Assembly (NCBI GenBank): GCA_963743945.1 | Contig: CAVURO010000002.1 | Location: 19,433-83,432 of the forward strand | Length of the DNA: 64,000 nucleotides | Direction of reading: 5' to 3' | DNA from: an uncultured Actinomycetes bacterium | GTDB taxonomy: Bacteria > Actinomycetota > Acidimicrobiia > Acidimicrobiales > CADCSY01 | Shown: piece by piece, positions 18,354 to 27,952 of the stretch | Position numbering within the stretch: the first letter of the stretch is position 1 | Layout of the letters: the number at the start of each line of letters is the position of its first letter | Made by a program: the position numbers and the translations under genes | The notes under the pieces: model-generated | What the model was told of the DNA's origin: nothing | Databases searched by the model: none | The model's input: only the letters and a program-made list of their open reading frames with translations

Positions 18354-18503
18354 ATGTTGCCCCCAAATCCCGGGAAGTGCGGGTCATCCACAAATCGGCA
18401 CCTTCGGAAAGGGTCGTGCAGATGTTTGCGGCCGGCGATGCCCACCTGTCAGAGTGAGAACCGGCGTGCACCCATGGGGGCACGACAGGACCCGGGGGGG
18501 ACG

Positions 18504-20336
18504 ATGACGACCGAGGTGCAGGACGCGACCGACGCCGAGACGATCGACATTCGGGAGTTCGATCCCGATGCGCTGCGGGAGAAGTACCGCGAGGAGCGCG
18601 ACAAGCGACTGCGCGATGATGGCAACGATCAGTACATCGAGGTTACCGACGAGTTCGCCCTCTATCTCCATGATCCTCATGTGGCGCCCTTCGAGCGTGA
18701 GCCGCTGACCGACGAGGTCGAGGTGGTGGTGATAGGTGGCGGCTTCGGTGGCCTGCTTGCAGCAGCTCGGCTGCGCGATTCCGGGGTCGAGGACATCCGA
18801 ATCATCGAGAAGGCCGGCGACTTCGGGGGAACCTGGTACTGGAACCGTTACCCGGGCGCGCAGTGTGACATCGAGTCGTACATCTACCTGCCGCTTCTCG
18901 AGGAGATGAACTACATCCCGACGGAGAAGTACTCCCACGGTCCCGAGATCCTGGCGCACGCCCGTGCGATCGGCGAGAGGTACGAGCTCTACGACAACGC
19001 CTGTCTCCAAACCGAGGTGACGGGCATGACGTGGCAGGACGATGACCAACGCTGGATCATCACCACCAACCGGGGCGATCGCATGAAGGCCCGTTTCGTG
19101 GCCATGTCCAACGGCCCGCTGCATCGGCCCAAGCTCCCGGGCATTCCGGGCATCAACTCGTTCAAGGGACACACGTTCCATACCAGCCGTTGGGACTACG
19201 ACTACACCGGGGGCGACTCGACCGGCGGACTCACCGGGCTGCAGGACAAGCGGGTCGCCATCATCGGCACCGGCGCCACCGCAGTGCAGTGCATCCCACA
19301 TCTCGGTGAGGCCACCGAGCACCTGTTCGTGTTCCAGCGCACCCCCTCCTCGATCGATGTGCGCAACAACGAGCCGACCGACCCTGCCTGGGTGGAGACC
19401 CTCGAGCCGGGGTGGCAGAAGAAGCGGATGGAGAACTTCAACACGTTGGTGTCGGGTGGCTTCACCACCGAGGACCTCGTCAACGACGGATGGACCGACA
19501 TCATCGGCAAGCTCCTGTTCCGCATGCGCAGTGGCGACAACGTCGACTTCACCCCCGAGGGACTGATGGCAACGGTCGAGCTCGCCGACTTCGAGAAGAT
19601 GGAGGAGATCCGATCGAGGGTCGACTCCGTCGTCGAGGACGAGAACGTGGCGGAGTCGCTCAAGCCCTATTACCGCCAGTTCTGCAAGCGTCCCTGTTTT
19701 CATGACGACTACCTCGATACCTACAACCGGCCGAACGTCACGCTTGTCGACACCCAGGGCAACGGTGTCGAACGCATCACCGAGCGAGGGGTGGTCGTGG
19801 CCGGCATCGAGTACGAGGTCGATTGCATCATCTTCAGCACCGGCTTCGAGGTCGGCACCGCCTACACGCGACGAGCGGGCTACGACCTGGTGGGTCGCGA
19901 CGGTGTCACACTCGGCGGGAAGTGGGCCGATGGCGCGATCACCCTGCACGGCATGCACAGCCGTGGTTTCCCGAACTGCTTCATCATGGGCAACACCCAG
20001 TCGGGATTCACGGCGAACTACCCGCACATGCTCGATGAGCAGGCGGTTCATCTCGCCTACATCGTCGAGTATGCGCGCGCCCATGACGTGAAGGTGATCG
20101 AGGTTTCGGAGGAGGCCGAACAGGAGTGGGTGAAGACCATCGTCAACTCGGCTCACCTCATGCGGAGGTTCTTCGAGGACTGCACGCCGGGCTATTACAA
20201 CAACGAGGGCAGGCCGGGTGACCGCAGCGCTCAGGACGGCCCGTACGGCGGGGGCTCGCTTGCCTTCTTCGCCATGCTGGCCGCCTGGCGGGCCAAGGGC
20301 GATCTCGAGGGTCTCGAGCTGACGATCTCAGGGTGA
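18504..20336 (+). CDS. Type I Baeyer-Villiger (flavin-containing) monooxygenase
   Basis: FAD Rossmann GGGFGG, BVMO fingerprint FKGHTFHTSRWD, NADPH Rossmann GTGATAVQ. ATG at 18504 (alternative 18474). The long ORF-track N-terminus is antisense shadow of yceI. Confidence 0.9.
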   Translation: MTTEVQDATDAETIDIREFDPDALREKYREERDKRLRDDGNDQYIEVTDEFALYLHDPHVAPFEREPLTDEVEVVVIGGGFGGLLAAARLRDSGVEDIRIIEKAGDFGGTWYWNRYPGAQCDIESYIYLPLLEEMNYIPTEKYSHGPEILAHARAIGERYELYDNACLQTEVTGMTWQDDDQRWIITTNRGDRMKARFVAMSNGPLHRPKLPGIPGINSFKGHTFHTSRWDYDYTGGDSTGGLTGLQDKRVAIIGTGATAVQCIPHLGEATEHLFVFQRTPSSIDVRNNEPTDPAWVETLEPGWQKKRMENFNTLVSGGFTTEDLVNDGWTDIIGKLLFRMRSGDNVDFTPEGLMATVELADFEKMEEIRSRVDSVVEDENVAESLKPYYRQFCKRPCFHDDYLDTYNRPNVTLVDTQGNGVERITERGVVVAGIEYEVDCIIFSTGFEVGTAYTRRAGYDLVGRDGVTLGGKWADGAITLHGMHSRGFPNCFIMGNTQSGFTANYPHMLDEQAVHLAYIVEYARAHDVKVIEVSEEAEQEWVKTIVNSAHLMRRFFEDCTPGYYNNEGRPGDRSAQDGPYGGGSLAFFAMLAAWRAKGDLEGLELTISG

Positions 20337-20408
20337 CGATCGGAAGCTCACCGTCTGTGGCCGGCGATCGGATCGGAGCGGCGGGTCCGATCGATGTCGG
20401 GACCGGTG

Positions 20409-20852
20409 TCAGGCGATCGGCAGGGTTTCCGCGCCCGAGACCACCAGGGGGGCGCCTGTCAGATCGTGGTAGGTGTCGCCGGCCAACAGCGAGTCCGCTG
20501 CGCGACGCAGGCGCCGCGCGTCGAGCGGCTTGACCACCCACCCCTCGGCGCGGGATCGCCTGGCGAGGAACACGTCCGCCCGTCGATCGAGAAGCATCAG
20601 CACCGGCACGTGCCCGATGCGCCCGGCGCCTTCTTCGAGGTGGAGGTCGATGGCGACCGCCATGCCCCCCATGTTGCCGATCTGGAGGTCGACGATCACG
20701 AGATCGGGTTGGATCTCCTCGACCGCGGCACGCACCTCGGCGCCACTTCCGACGACGACGATGGTGGTGTGGGGGCCACCGAGTGCCGCCTCGAGCTCAT
20801 CGACGATCCAGGAGGCATCGCAGGCGATGAGAATCCGAGGCACAGGAGGCAT
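20409..20852 (-). CDS. Stand-alone response-regulator receiver domain protein (atypical)
   Basis: Receiver fold with phospho-Asp context LVIVDLQIGNMGG and KP motif WVVKPL. One acidic residue (ACD) and the conserved Thr/Ser position (LMLLD) appear substituted. No output domain. Start taken at MPPVPRILI. Confidence 0.7.
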   Translation of the reverse strand: MPPVPRILIACDASWIVDELEAALGGPHTTIVVVGSGAEVRAAVEEIQPDLVIVDLQIGNMGGMAVAIDLHLEEGAGRIGHVPVLMLLDRRADVFLARRSRAEGWVVKPLDARRLRRAADSLLAGDTYHDLTGAPLVVSGAETLPIA

Positions 20853-20871
20853 CGTAGTGAAGCGCCACCGA

Positions 20872-21984
20872 CTAGGCGAACAGGTGGCGGCTGATCTGGC
20901 CCAGCGTGTGCAGGTCGTGCACGTCATCCGCAAGGAAGGGCACCTTGATGACCGGAGCGGGAGCCACCTGGTCGGCGAGTCCCTGGAGGTGGGTCTCCTC
21001 CCCGTCGGCCATCATCCGGAAGTCGGCGAGGCAGGTGAAGAGGTCGCCCAGATCGGTGCCTGCCAAGGTCTCGGCTCGCCTGCGGGCCGCTTCGGCAAGT
21101 CCATCGCCGAAGCGGGGGTGCATGCGGTTGATCACCAACGCCTCGACCGGGATGTGGGTCCTGCGCAGCTTGTCGGCGAAGAACGCCGCCTCCTCGACGG
21201 TGTCCTGGCGAGGCGAGGCGACCAGCACGTAGGCGGTGTTCGCATCGATGAGCAATGCCTGCACCCGTTGTGCCCGCTCCTTGAATCCCTGTTCCATCCC
21301 CTCGAACGTGTTGAAAAACGCGATCACGTCATCGAGGACCTCACCGCCGACGATCTTGCCAACCGTGCGCAACAGCGCCTGGGCAGCGACGTTCACCGCC
21401 CTCATGTAGCCGCGGGTAGGTGCCATGAGCATGCGAAACAGTCGGTGGTCGAGAAAGCCGGCCAGGCGACCCGATGCGTCGAGAAAATCGAGCGCATTGC
21501 GGGTCGGGGGCGTGTCGACGACGATCAGATCGTAACCACCCTCCTCGTGCAGCTCGTAGAGCTTCTCGCCTGCCATGTACTCCTGGGTGCCCGAGAGCGC
21601 CCCGGAGATGTTGCGGTAGAACGGGTTGTCGAGAATGCGCTCGGCCTGCTCCGTTCCGCCGGCGTGTTTGGCGACCAGATTGTCAAAGGTGCTCTTGGTG
21701 TCGAGCATCATGGCCCACAGCTCGCCGGGCCAGTCGCCGTCGATGAGGTGCGGCGTGTTCGAGAGCTCGCCAATGCCCAAGGTGTCGGCGAGACGCTTGG
21801 CCGGGTCGATGGTCACGACGACCGAACGCTTCCCCATGCGTGCGCCCTCGAGGGCGACGACTGCGGCCGTGGTCGTCTTGCCCACGCCACCGGACCCACA
21901 GCAGATGACGATCCGATGATCGACGACCAGATCGTTGAGTTTGGGCTCATCCCCAACCACGGCCTCATCACCTGCAGTGCTCAT
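20872..21984 (-). CDS. ArsA/GET3-like P-loop ATPase (Rv3679/Rv3680-type)
   Basis: Deviant Walker A CCGSGGVGKTTTAA and TIDPAKRLADTLG motif. Confidence 0.85.
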   Translation of the reverse strand: MSTAGDEAVVGDEPKLNDLVVDHRIVICCGSGGVGKTTTAAVVALEGARMGKRSVVVTIDPAKRLADTLGIGELSNTPHLIDGDWPGELWAMMLDTKSTFDNLVAKHAGGTEQAERILDNPFYRNISGALSGTQEYMAGEKLYELHEEGGYDLIVVDTPPTRNALDFLDASGRLAGFLDHRLFRMLMAPTRGYMRAVNVAAQALLRTVGKIVGGEVLDDVIAFFNTFEGMEQGFKERAQRVQALLIDANTAYVLVASPRQDTVEEAAFFADKLRRTHIPVEALVINRMHPRFGDGLAEAARRRAETLAGTDLGDLFTCLADFRMMADGEETHLQGLADQVAPAPVIKVPFLADDVHDLHTLGQISRHLFA

Positions 21985-22970
21985 GGCCAGTTTCCCATCG
22001 CGCTGATCTGCGTGCCCAACGCATCGGCGAGCTCGTCGATCTGCTCGGGCCCGAGGTCGGCACGGAAGAGAAACGGCAGACAGAGCTGGGGCAACGGCAA
22101 CTGCTCGCTCAGGCGTTCGAGTTGGCTCGCCTGGAGGTCGTGACGCTTCCGGCGAAACTGAGCCGCCTGGCTGAGCGCCTCGGCTTCACCATCGCGCAGC
22201 GTGGTGCCTGCTGCCTCGGCAGCCTTGATGGGGTCGGACCCAAGACCTCCCAGAAGCGGGTACACGCCGTTGACGACGGCCGGGCCCAACTTGATGCCGA
22301 CCTCGTCCTCGAGCTTGAAGCCCGTCTCCACCAGCTCGTTCACGGGGGTCTCCTCCGGCAGGGTCACCAGCATGACCGAGCAGCGATCCGGGTCGCCCAG
22401 CAGGTCGAGCACATCGAGGGCCTGAGCGCGGATCGGGCCCATCCGCACTGCCTCGGAGAGACCCCGAGCGGCCATGAGGAAGGTGATGGCATGGCCCGCG
22501 GCGGGAGCGTCGACGATGATCAGGTCGGCGGTTCCGGATCGTTCCAGCTGTTTGACCTTGCCCAGGATGAGGATGTCCTTGATCCCGGGAGCGGCGGTCG
22601 CCACGATGTCCACCGCACCGGATGAGACCAGGCGTTTCGAGACCCGACCCATGCCGTGCTCGTCGAGGTACTCGAGCAACGCGTCGTCGGGAGTGAGCGT
22701 GCGTCCGACGATCGGGCCACGCGTCGCCGTCGCCGGTGACAACTCGGTTTCCCGGTACGTGAGCGGTGGGTGACCGAACAGAGCGGGCAACCCTCCCTTG
22801 CCCTCGATCTCGACGAGCAGGGTTCGCAGTCCATGGTTCGAGGCCAGCCGAGCGAGGGCGGCTGCGACGACTGTTTTGCCCACGCCGCCTTTGCCAGCCA
22901 CGATGACCACTCGAGATGTTCGTAAAAACGATGCAGTATCCAAAGCTTCCTCTCGGGAAGGCACAGACAC
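21981..22970 (-). CDS. ArsA/GET3-like P-loop ATPase (second paralogue of the pair)
   Basis: VAGKGGVGKTVVAAALA P-loop. Its stop overlaps the start of the downstream paralogue. Confidence 0.85.
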   Translation of the reverse strand: MSVPSREEALDTASFLRTSRVVIVAGKGGVGKTVVAAALARLASNHGLRTLLVEIEGKGGLPALFGHPPLTYRETELSPATATRGPIVGRTLTPDDALLEYLDEHGMGRVSKRLVSSGAVDIVATAAPGIKDILILGKVKQLERSGTADLIIVDAPAAGHAITFLMAARGLSEAVRMGPIRAQALDVLDLLGDPDRCSVMLVTLPEETPVNELVETGFKLEDEVGIKLGPAVVNGVYPLLGGLGSDPIKAAEAAGTTLRDGEAEALSQAAQFRRKRHDLQASQLERLSEQLPLPQLCLPFLFRADLGPEQIDELADALGTQISAMGNWP

Positions 22971-22996
22971 GCAGGTTAGCCATTCCCGGCCTGGTG

Positions 22997-24322
22997 ATGA
23001 TTCTCGGCGCGCTCATCGTGTCATTGCTGCAGTCCGGGACGCCGGTCGCGGCAGGTCCGGCGTCCGTGCAGGGTTCGCAGGCGGTGGTGCACAAGGTTCC
23101 GGAGATCGACGTGGTCGATGTCGTTCAGATCTCCGGATTCATCGACCCCGTCGTGGTCGATTTCCTCTACGAGACGATCGACCACGCCGAGAAGTCGGGT
23201 ATCGAAGCCCTCGTCCTGCAGTTGAACAGCTCTCGTGCGGTGGTGAGCGACGACACGCTCGACGCCCTGGTGAAGCGTGTGCAGGGAGCGAAGGTCCCGG
23301 TGGCGGTGTGGGTTGGGCCGAGCGGAGCAGGCGCGTATCGCGGCGCTGCTCGACTGGCCCTGGCAGGCGACCTCTTGGGACTTGCACCGCGTGCCCGAAT
23401 CGGCAAGCTCGGCGACGCGCTTCCCGAGGGGGTCACAACGAGGATCGGTCAGGGCACCGTTGATCCCGTGCAGGCGGTGAAGCTGGGCATCGCTGATCTC
23501 AACCAGCAGGAGGCGGCGATTCTGGGTACCTTCATCGCCGCGATCAACGGGAGGGAGGCCGCCGGCCGGGTGCTTCAGACCGCCACGTTTCGGGAGATGC
23601 CCAAGGGCCCACCGGAGGCGACGTTGATCGTGAAGGGTCGACTGTCCAAGCTGCCGCTGTCCTCGCAGCTGATGCACACCGCGTCGAGCCCTCAGGTGGC
23701 GTACCTGCTGCTTGCACTCGGTCTGATGTTGCTCATCTTCGAGTTCTTCACCGGTGGGGTGGGCATTGCCGGCGGCGTCGGGGTGGTGTGCCTTGTGCTG
23801 TCCGCCTACGGGCTGGCGGTGCTTCCGACGTCCCCCGTGGGTCTTGCACTGATCCTGTTGGCCATGTTCGGCTTCGCTGTCGATGTGCAAACGGGCGTTC
23901 CGAGGGTCTGGACCGCGATCGCGGTGGTGTCGTTTGTCGTCGGGTCGCTGCTTCTCTACGGCGACGGCATTCAGGTGGGATGGGTTTCGCTCGTGGCCGG
24001 GGTCGTGGGCACGGTGCTGATGATGCTGGCCGGATTGCCCTCGACGGTGCGAAGTCGATTCTCGACGCCGACGATCGGTCGCGCGTCGTTGATCGGCGAG
24101 ATGGGCGAGGCGATCTCGGCACTCGCCCCTGAAGGGGTCGTGAGTGTGCGTGGCTCCCTTTGGAAGGCGCGCACGAACCGGGCGACCCCCGTCGCCGTCG
24201 GTGATCCGGTTCGGGTGGCCTCCATCGAGGGGCTGGTTCTGGAGGTCGAGCCGGCGGAGGGCGCCGCTCGCGACTATCGAGATCGATCATCCGCGAAAAG
24301 GGAACACCGGACGTCGGATTAG
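22997..24322 (+). CDS. NfeD-family membrane protein (ClpP-like N-domain, TM block, C-terminal OB domain)
   Basis: N-terminal ClpP-class fold (ISGFIDPVVVDFLYETIDHAE...VAVWVGPSGAG), four or five TM helices, and a C-terminal NfeD OB motif (VSVRGSLWKARTN...GDPVRVASIEGLVLEV). Start is uncertain: ORF from 22916, ATG at 22997. Confidence 0.75.
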   Translation: MILGALIVSLLQSGTPVAAGPASVQGSQAVVHKVPEIDVVDVVQISGFIDPVVVDFLYETIDHAEKSGIEALVLQLNSSRAVVSDDTLDALVKRVQGAKVPVAVWVGPSGAGAYRGAARLALAGDLLGLAPRARIGKLGDALPEGVTTRIGQGTVDPVQAVKLGIADLNQQEAAILGTFIAAINGREAAGRVLQTATFREMPKGPPEATLIVKGRLSKLPLSSQLMHTASSPQVAYLLLALGLMLLIFEFFTGGVGIAGGVGVVCLVLSAYGLAVLPTSPVGLALILLAMFGFAVDVQTGVPRVWTAIAVVSFVVGSLLLYGDGIQVGWVSLVAGVVGTVLMMLAGLPSTVRSRFSTPTIGRASLIGEMGEAISALAPEGVVSVRGSLWKARTNRATPVAVGDPVRVASIEGLVLEVEPAEGAARDYRDRSSAKREHRTSD

Positions 24323-24418
24323 GGACGGCGGTCCCTCGGCACCTCCACATCTCCGCACCGAGCCGCTTGTAGCGATTGTCACTTGTTTATTAGGGTCTGT
24401 CGCTGAAGGGGGGTAAGT

Positions 24419-24673
24419 GTGAGCGCAATTCGTGTAGATGAGCTTTGGCAACTCAAGGCGGCATGCCGCGGTCCACAGGCAGTGGCCTTTTTCCCGCCGC
24501 AACACTTTGAGCGCAAGGCCGACAAGCGCGAACGTGAACGGCATGCGAAGGCCATCTGTGCCTCGTGTCCGGTTCAGGATGCCTGTCTGCAGTACGCAAT
24601 GGAAGTGGGTGAGGCCCACGGTATTTGGGGTGGTCTGAACGAATCGGAGCGCATCGCCCTCGCTGTCCGGTAA
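24419..24673 (+). CDS. WhiB-family (Wbl) Fe-S transcription factor
   Basis: 84 aa. Four Cys in WhiB spacing (C-x..-CxxCxxxxxC: AACRG...ICASCPVQDACL) and GIWGG turn. GTG start after GAAGGGGGG. Confidence 0.92.
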   Translation: MSAIRVDELWQLKAACRGPQAVAFFPPQHFERKADKRERERHAKAICASCPVQDACLQYAMEVGEAHGIWGGLNESERIALAVR

Positions 24674-24714
24674 CCCGCCGGCCCGGGAGATCTGGCGCAT
24701 GCCACACTGAGCGG

Positions 24715-26874
24715 GTGTTGCGACGGCTGTTGACCCCCCTGGTCCTTGTCGCCACAACCACGGTGTTGGCGCCTGCGACGGCCCTCGTCACCCTGCTGGC
24801 GACCATGATCTTCTTGCCGCTGCCGGCATCGGTGCCCGAGCCCAACGAGGGAATCAGTGCACAGATCAGCCGGGTCTACGACATCGACGGCAATCTGGTC
24901 GGATCGTTCCGCCGGTTCGAAACCACGAAGCCGGTCGCGTGGGCCGACATCCCACTCATCCTTCGCCAGGCAGTAGTCGCTGCCGAGGACAAGCGCTTCT
25001 ACGAGCACGGTGGGGTGGATCCGCGGGGCCTGCTGCGGGCCTTCGTCGCCGACGTGCGCAGCACCGGTGCCGTCCAGGGCGGGTCGACGATCACCCAGCA
25101 GTACGTGAAGAACGCCTACGTGGGCAATGAGCGGTCCATCTCTCGAAAGCTCCGTGAGGCGATTTTGGCGAGCCGGCTGGACCGTCAGGTCGACAAGGAC
25201 GAAATTCTGTTCCGCTACCTCGAGCGGATCTACCTCGGGGAGGGCGCCTACGGGGTCGGGGCCGCTTCCGAGACCTACTTTCGCAAGCCGGTCAGTCAGT
25301 TGACGCTTTCCGAGGCCGCGTTGCTCGTCGGCATCATTCCCGCCCCGAGTCGTTACGAGCCTCGCGGGAACCCACAACTTGCCGAGACCAAGCGCAAGCG
25401 GGTGCTCGGGCTCATGCTCGAGCAGGGCGTGATCGACCAGGCAGGCTACGACGAGGCTGCCGCCCAGGCGATCTGGCTTGCCGATGTCGGCCCGCCCCCT
25501 GCCGGACAACCGGTGACCGTGGTCTACCCGGCAGAGCGACAGGAGACCGCCTATCCGTACTTCCTCGATTACGTCGAGCGGTACATCACCGCTCGTTACG
25601 GTCCGGACGCCGTCTACAAACAGGGCTACGAGATCTACACCACCCTCGACACCCGGATGCAGGCCGAGGCGGATCGCTCGGTTCAGGAGACGCTGAAGGG
25701 TACCGAGGCTCCCCTGGAGATGTCCTTGGTGGCCGTCGAACCACTCACGGGCTTCGTCAAGGCCCTGGTGGGTGGACGGGATTTCGGCGTTTCGAGGGTC
25801 AATCTCGCGTTGGGCGTCGAGGGCGGCGGCGGCGGCAGGCAACCCGGCTCGACCTGGAAGCCTTTGGTGCTGGCAACCGCGCTTGAAAAGGGCATCCCGG
25901 TGGACAAGCGCTATTCCGGGGCGAACAACTACTGCACATCGGGCTTCTGCTTTCAGAACTACGGGAAGGGATCGTACGGAAGCGTGGATCTCCGCACGGC
26001 GACACGTCGTTCGATCAACACCGTGTTCGTGCAACTTCTCGAGGATGTCGGGGTTGCCGACAACATGGCGATGGCGAATCGGCTCGGTGTGAGGACCGAG
26101 GCGTACGACCCAAAGGTTCATGGTCTGTCGGTTGCCCTCGGGGCTCTCGACGTCTCGCCGATCGACATGGCATCGGCCTACGGGGTCTTTGCCGCACGAG
26201 GCGAGAGGGCAGAACCCACGCCGATCGTTCGTCTGCTCGACGGGGTCGGACGGGTGGTGGAGGACAACGTTGCACCGGTCCGGAAACGGGTGCTGGAGGA
26301 GAGGGTGGCGGACACCATGAACGACGTCCTCCGTCACGTGTTCGACCCCGGCAGCACTGCCGCAGGCAAGGGTTTGGGACGGCCGGCGGCCGGCAAGACC
26401 GGTACGACCGACAACTCCGGCAACGCCTGGTTCGTCGGCTACACGCCCACCCTGTCGACCGCCGTGTGGATGGGCAGGACCACCAACCAACAGAACATGG
26501 GGCCGGTCAAAGGGGTGGGGAACGTGACCGGTGGGACGTGGCCGGCAAGGACATGGCAGGCGTTCATGAATGGAGCGACGGCCGACCAGCCCGTCACGGA
26601 CTTCACCGAACCGGCCCCCGTGACGAAGATCGCCGATCAGTCCAAGCGTGACGCCCGTCAGGGTTTCGAGGTGGGTCGTCGTCTCAGACCCGTGCCGAGC
26701 GATCGAGGCTCGGGCGCAGCGTCGGTTGACGAGCTGCCGCCTCTCACGGCCGACGAACCGAGCGTGACGACGTCCACGACGACCACCGTCGCGCCCGCCG
26801 CGCAGCCCACGCCGACGGCCCCGACCACGACGACCACGGCAGGCGGCGGCTCGAGCACCACCCGACCGAGATGA
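24715..26874 (+). CDS. Class A penicillin-binding protein (PBP1A, transglycosylase + transpeptidase)
   Basis: GT51 motifs AAEDKRFYEHGGVD and GGSTITQQ. Transpeptidase motifs STWKP, SINT and KTGTT. Thr/Pro-rich C-terminal tail. GTG 24715 is the first start after the whiB stop. Confidence 0.92.
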   Translation: MLRRLLTPLVLVATTTVLAPATALVTLLATMIFLPLPASVPEPNEGISAQISRVYDIDGNLVGSFRRFETTKPVAWADIPLILRQAVVAAEDKRFYEHGGVDPRGLLRAFVADVRSTGAVQGGSTITQQYVKNAYVGNERSISRKLREAILASRLDRQVDKDEILFRYLERIYLGEGAYGVGAASETYFRKPVSQLTLSEAALLVGIIPAPSRYEPRGNPQLAETKRKRVLGLMLEQGVIDQAGYDEAAAQAIWLADVGPPPAGQPVTVVYPAERQETAYPYFLDYVERYITARYGPDAVYKQGYEIYTTLDTRMQAEADRSVQETLKGTEAPLEMSLVAVEPLTGFVKALVGGRDFGVSRVNLALGVEGGGGGRQPGSTWKPLVLATALEKGIPVDKRYSGANNYCTSGFCFQNYGKGSYGSVDLRTATRRSINTVFVQLLEDVGVADNMAMANRLGVRTEAYDPKVHGLSVALGALDVSPIDMASAYGVFAARGERAEPTPIVRLLDGVGRVVEDNVAPVRKRVLEERVADTMNDVLRHVFDPGSTAAGKGLGRPAAGKTGTTDNSGNAWFVGYTPTLSTAVWMGRTTNQQNMGPVKGVGNVTGGTWPARTWQAFMNGATADQPVTDFTEPAPVTKIADQSKRDARQGFEVGRRLRPVPSDRGSGAASVDELPPLTADEPSVTTSTTTTVAPAAQPTPTAPTTTTTAGGGSSTTRPR

Positions 26875-26937
26875 CCCGGCGGGCCTGTCCGCGAGCGCTC
26901 CGGCGGTCGACGGCGTCGCACGGGACGGTGCCGCCCC

Positions 26938-27879
26938 TCAGCCACCCTGCTTGTTGCCGACGCCGGCTGCCTCGCCTTCGGGGCAACGGAGGACCACCAC
27001 GCAGGCGTCTCGAACCGGTGGTGCGAAGTACACGTCCTCGGGAGTGAAGCCCAGGGGGGCATAGGCGCGACTCGACGTCGCGACAACCTCACCATTGCTG
27101 TTCACGAGCGGCGCACCCTGAAATTGGAGGCCGATCTGTGTGTCGTGTTGGAGGCCCACCGAGCTGATGTCCGCCACGGCTCCTTGGGTGATCGAGCCTC
27201 CCTTGGCGCCCAGGCCCGAGATGGCGAAGAGGCGGTCGCCGATCTGGGTGGAGTTCTTCGATGCCCAGGGCAGGCGGGTCAGGCCACCCTTGTCGATGCT
27301 CAGGAGCGCGAGATCACGTCCCGGATCCCACGACACGAGTGCGGCCCGGATCTTCTCGTCACCCTTGATCACGGTGATGTCGGGGCCCGGGTCCTGCGTT
27401 GCAGCGGCGATCGTCGTGTAGGACGTGAGCAGAAAGCTCTGGTCGCTGTCGCCGAAGGCCACGAACGCGCTGCCCACGGACGGGGCGCCGGCGCTGTCGA
27501 GTGTGCTCACGAAGAAGATGCTCCCGGAGACCTTGTCCAGGAGCTTGTTGAGCGTCTCGCCACCGGCGGCGATCTTCTGCAACGGCTCGAGCTCCGATCG
27601 CACTGTGGCGACGGCATCGCTCTGCTCCTTCGCGATGATGTCCTGTGCGGTCTCGAGGCGGGTGTCGAATCCCGCGACGTATTCCTGCACCCGGGACTCG
27701 TTCGTGTCGAGCCGATACTGGTAGTAGGCGTAGAGCACGGCGCCGCTGAACGCCGCTCCGAAGGAGAGCGCCACGAGCAGGAGGCTGATGCCGAGGATGG
27801 AACGGGGAATCAGTCGTCCTTGCCCCGCGGAGAGGAGAGTGTCAACCTTGGCGGAGACTCGCGAGCCCTGTCGTGCCAT
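26938..27879 (-). CDS. Membrane-anchored trypsin-like (S1C/HtrA-like) domain protein lacking catalytic His and Ser
   Basis: N-terminal TM, helical linker, then an S1 fold (GSAFV..., RDLALLSI, ...GAPLVNSNGEVV). By-eye alignment to DegP puts Thr at the His position and Gln at the Ser position. Confidence 0.75.
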   Translation of the reverse strand: MARQGSRVSAKVDTLLSAGQGRLIPRSILGISLLLVALSFGAAFSGAVLYAYYQYRLDTNESRVQEYVAGFDTRLETAQDIIAKEQSDAVATVRSELEPLQKIAAGGETLNKLLDKVSGSIFFVSTLDSAGAPSVGSAFVAFGDSDQSFLLTSYTTIAAATQDPGPDITVIKGDEKIRAALVSWDPGRDLALLSIDKGGLTRLPWASKNSTQIGDRLFAISGLGAKGGSITQGAVADISSVGLQHDTQIGLQFQGAPLVNSNGEVVATSSRAYAPLGFTPEDVYFAPPVRDACVVVLRCPEGEAAGVGNKQGG

Positions 27880-27952
27880 GGGGGGGCAGGATAGTGGTGT
27901 CCGAGGGTCGGAGGGCGTGCGCCGTTAAGATGCAGATCTGTGGGGGTCGATC

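Noticed and set aside
17565-18503. Long N-terminal extensions offered by the ORF track, for example the BVMO from 17565. Others are the SBP from 2135, the thiolase from 13907, purA from 39092, purF from 47329, purM from 48977, the E1 gene to 53397 and the PAS protein from 29507.
   Set aside because: The extensions overlap neighbouring genes or hairpins and are low-complexity. They are replaced by internal starts that match the family N-termini, often with a good SD.
20371-20392. GATCGGA-N8-TCCGATC hairpin between the convergent BVMO and receiver genes.
   Set aside because: The stem is only 7 bp with no U-tract on either strand, which is too weak to call a terminator.
24321-24336. AGGGAC-ggcg-GTCCCT hairpin overlapping the nfeD stop codon.
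   Set aside because: It has a 6-bp stem and no U-tract. It might terminate nfeD ahead of whiB but cannot be supported from sequence alone.
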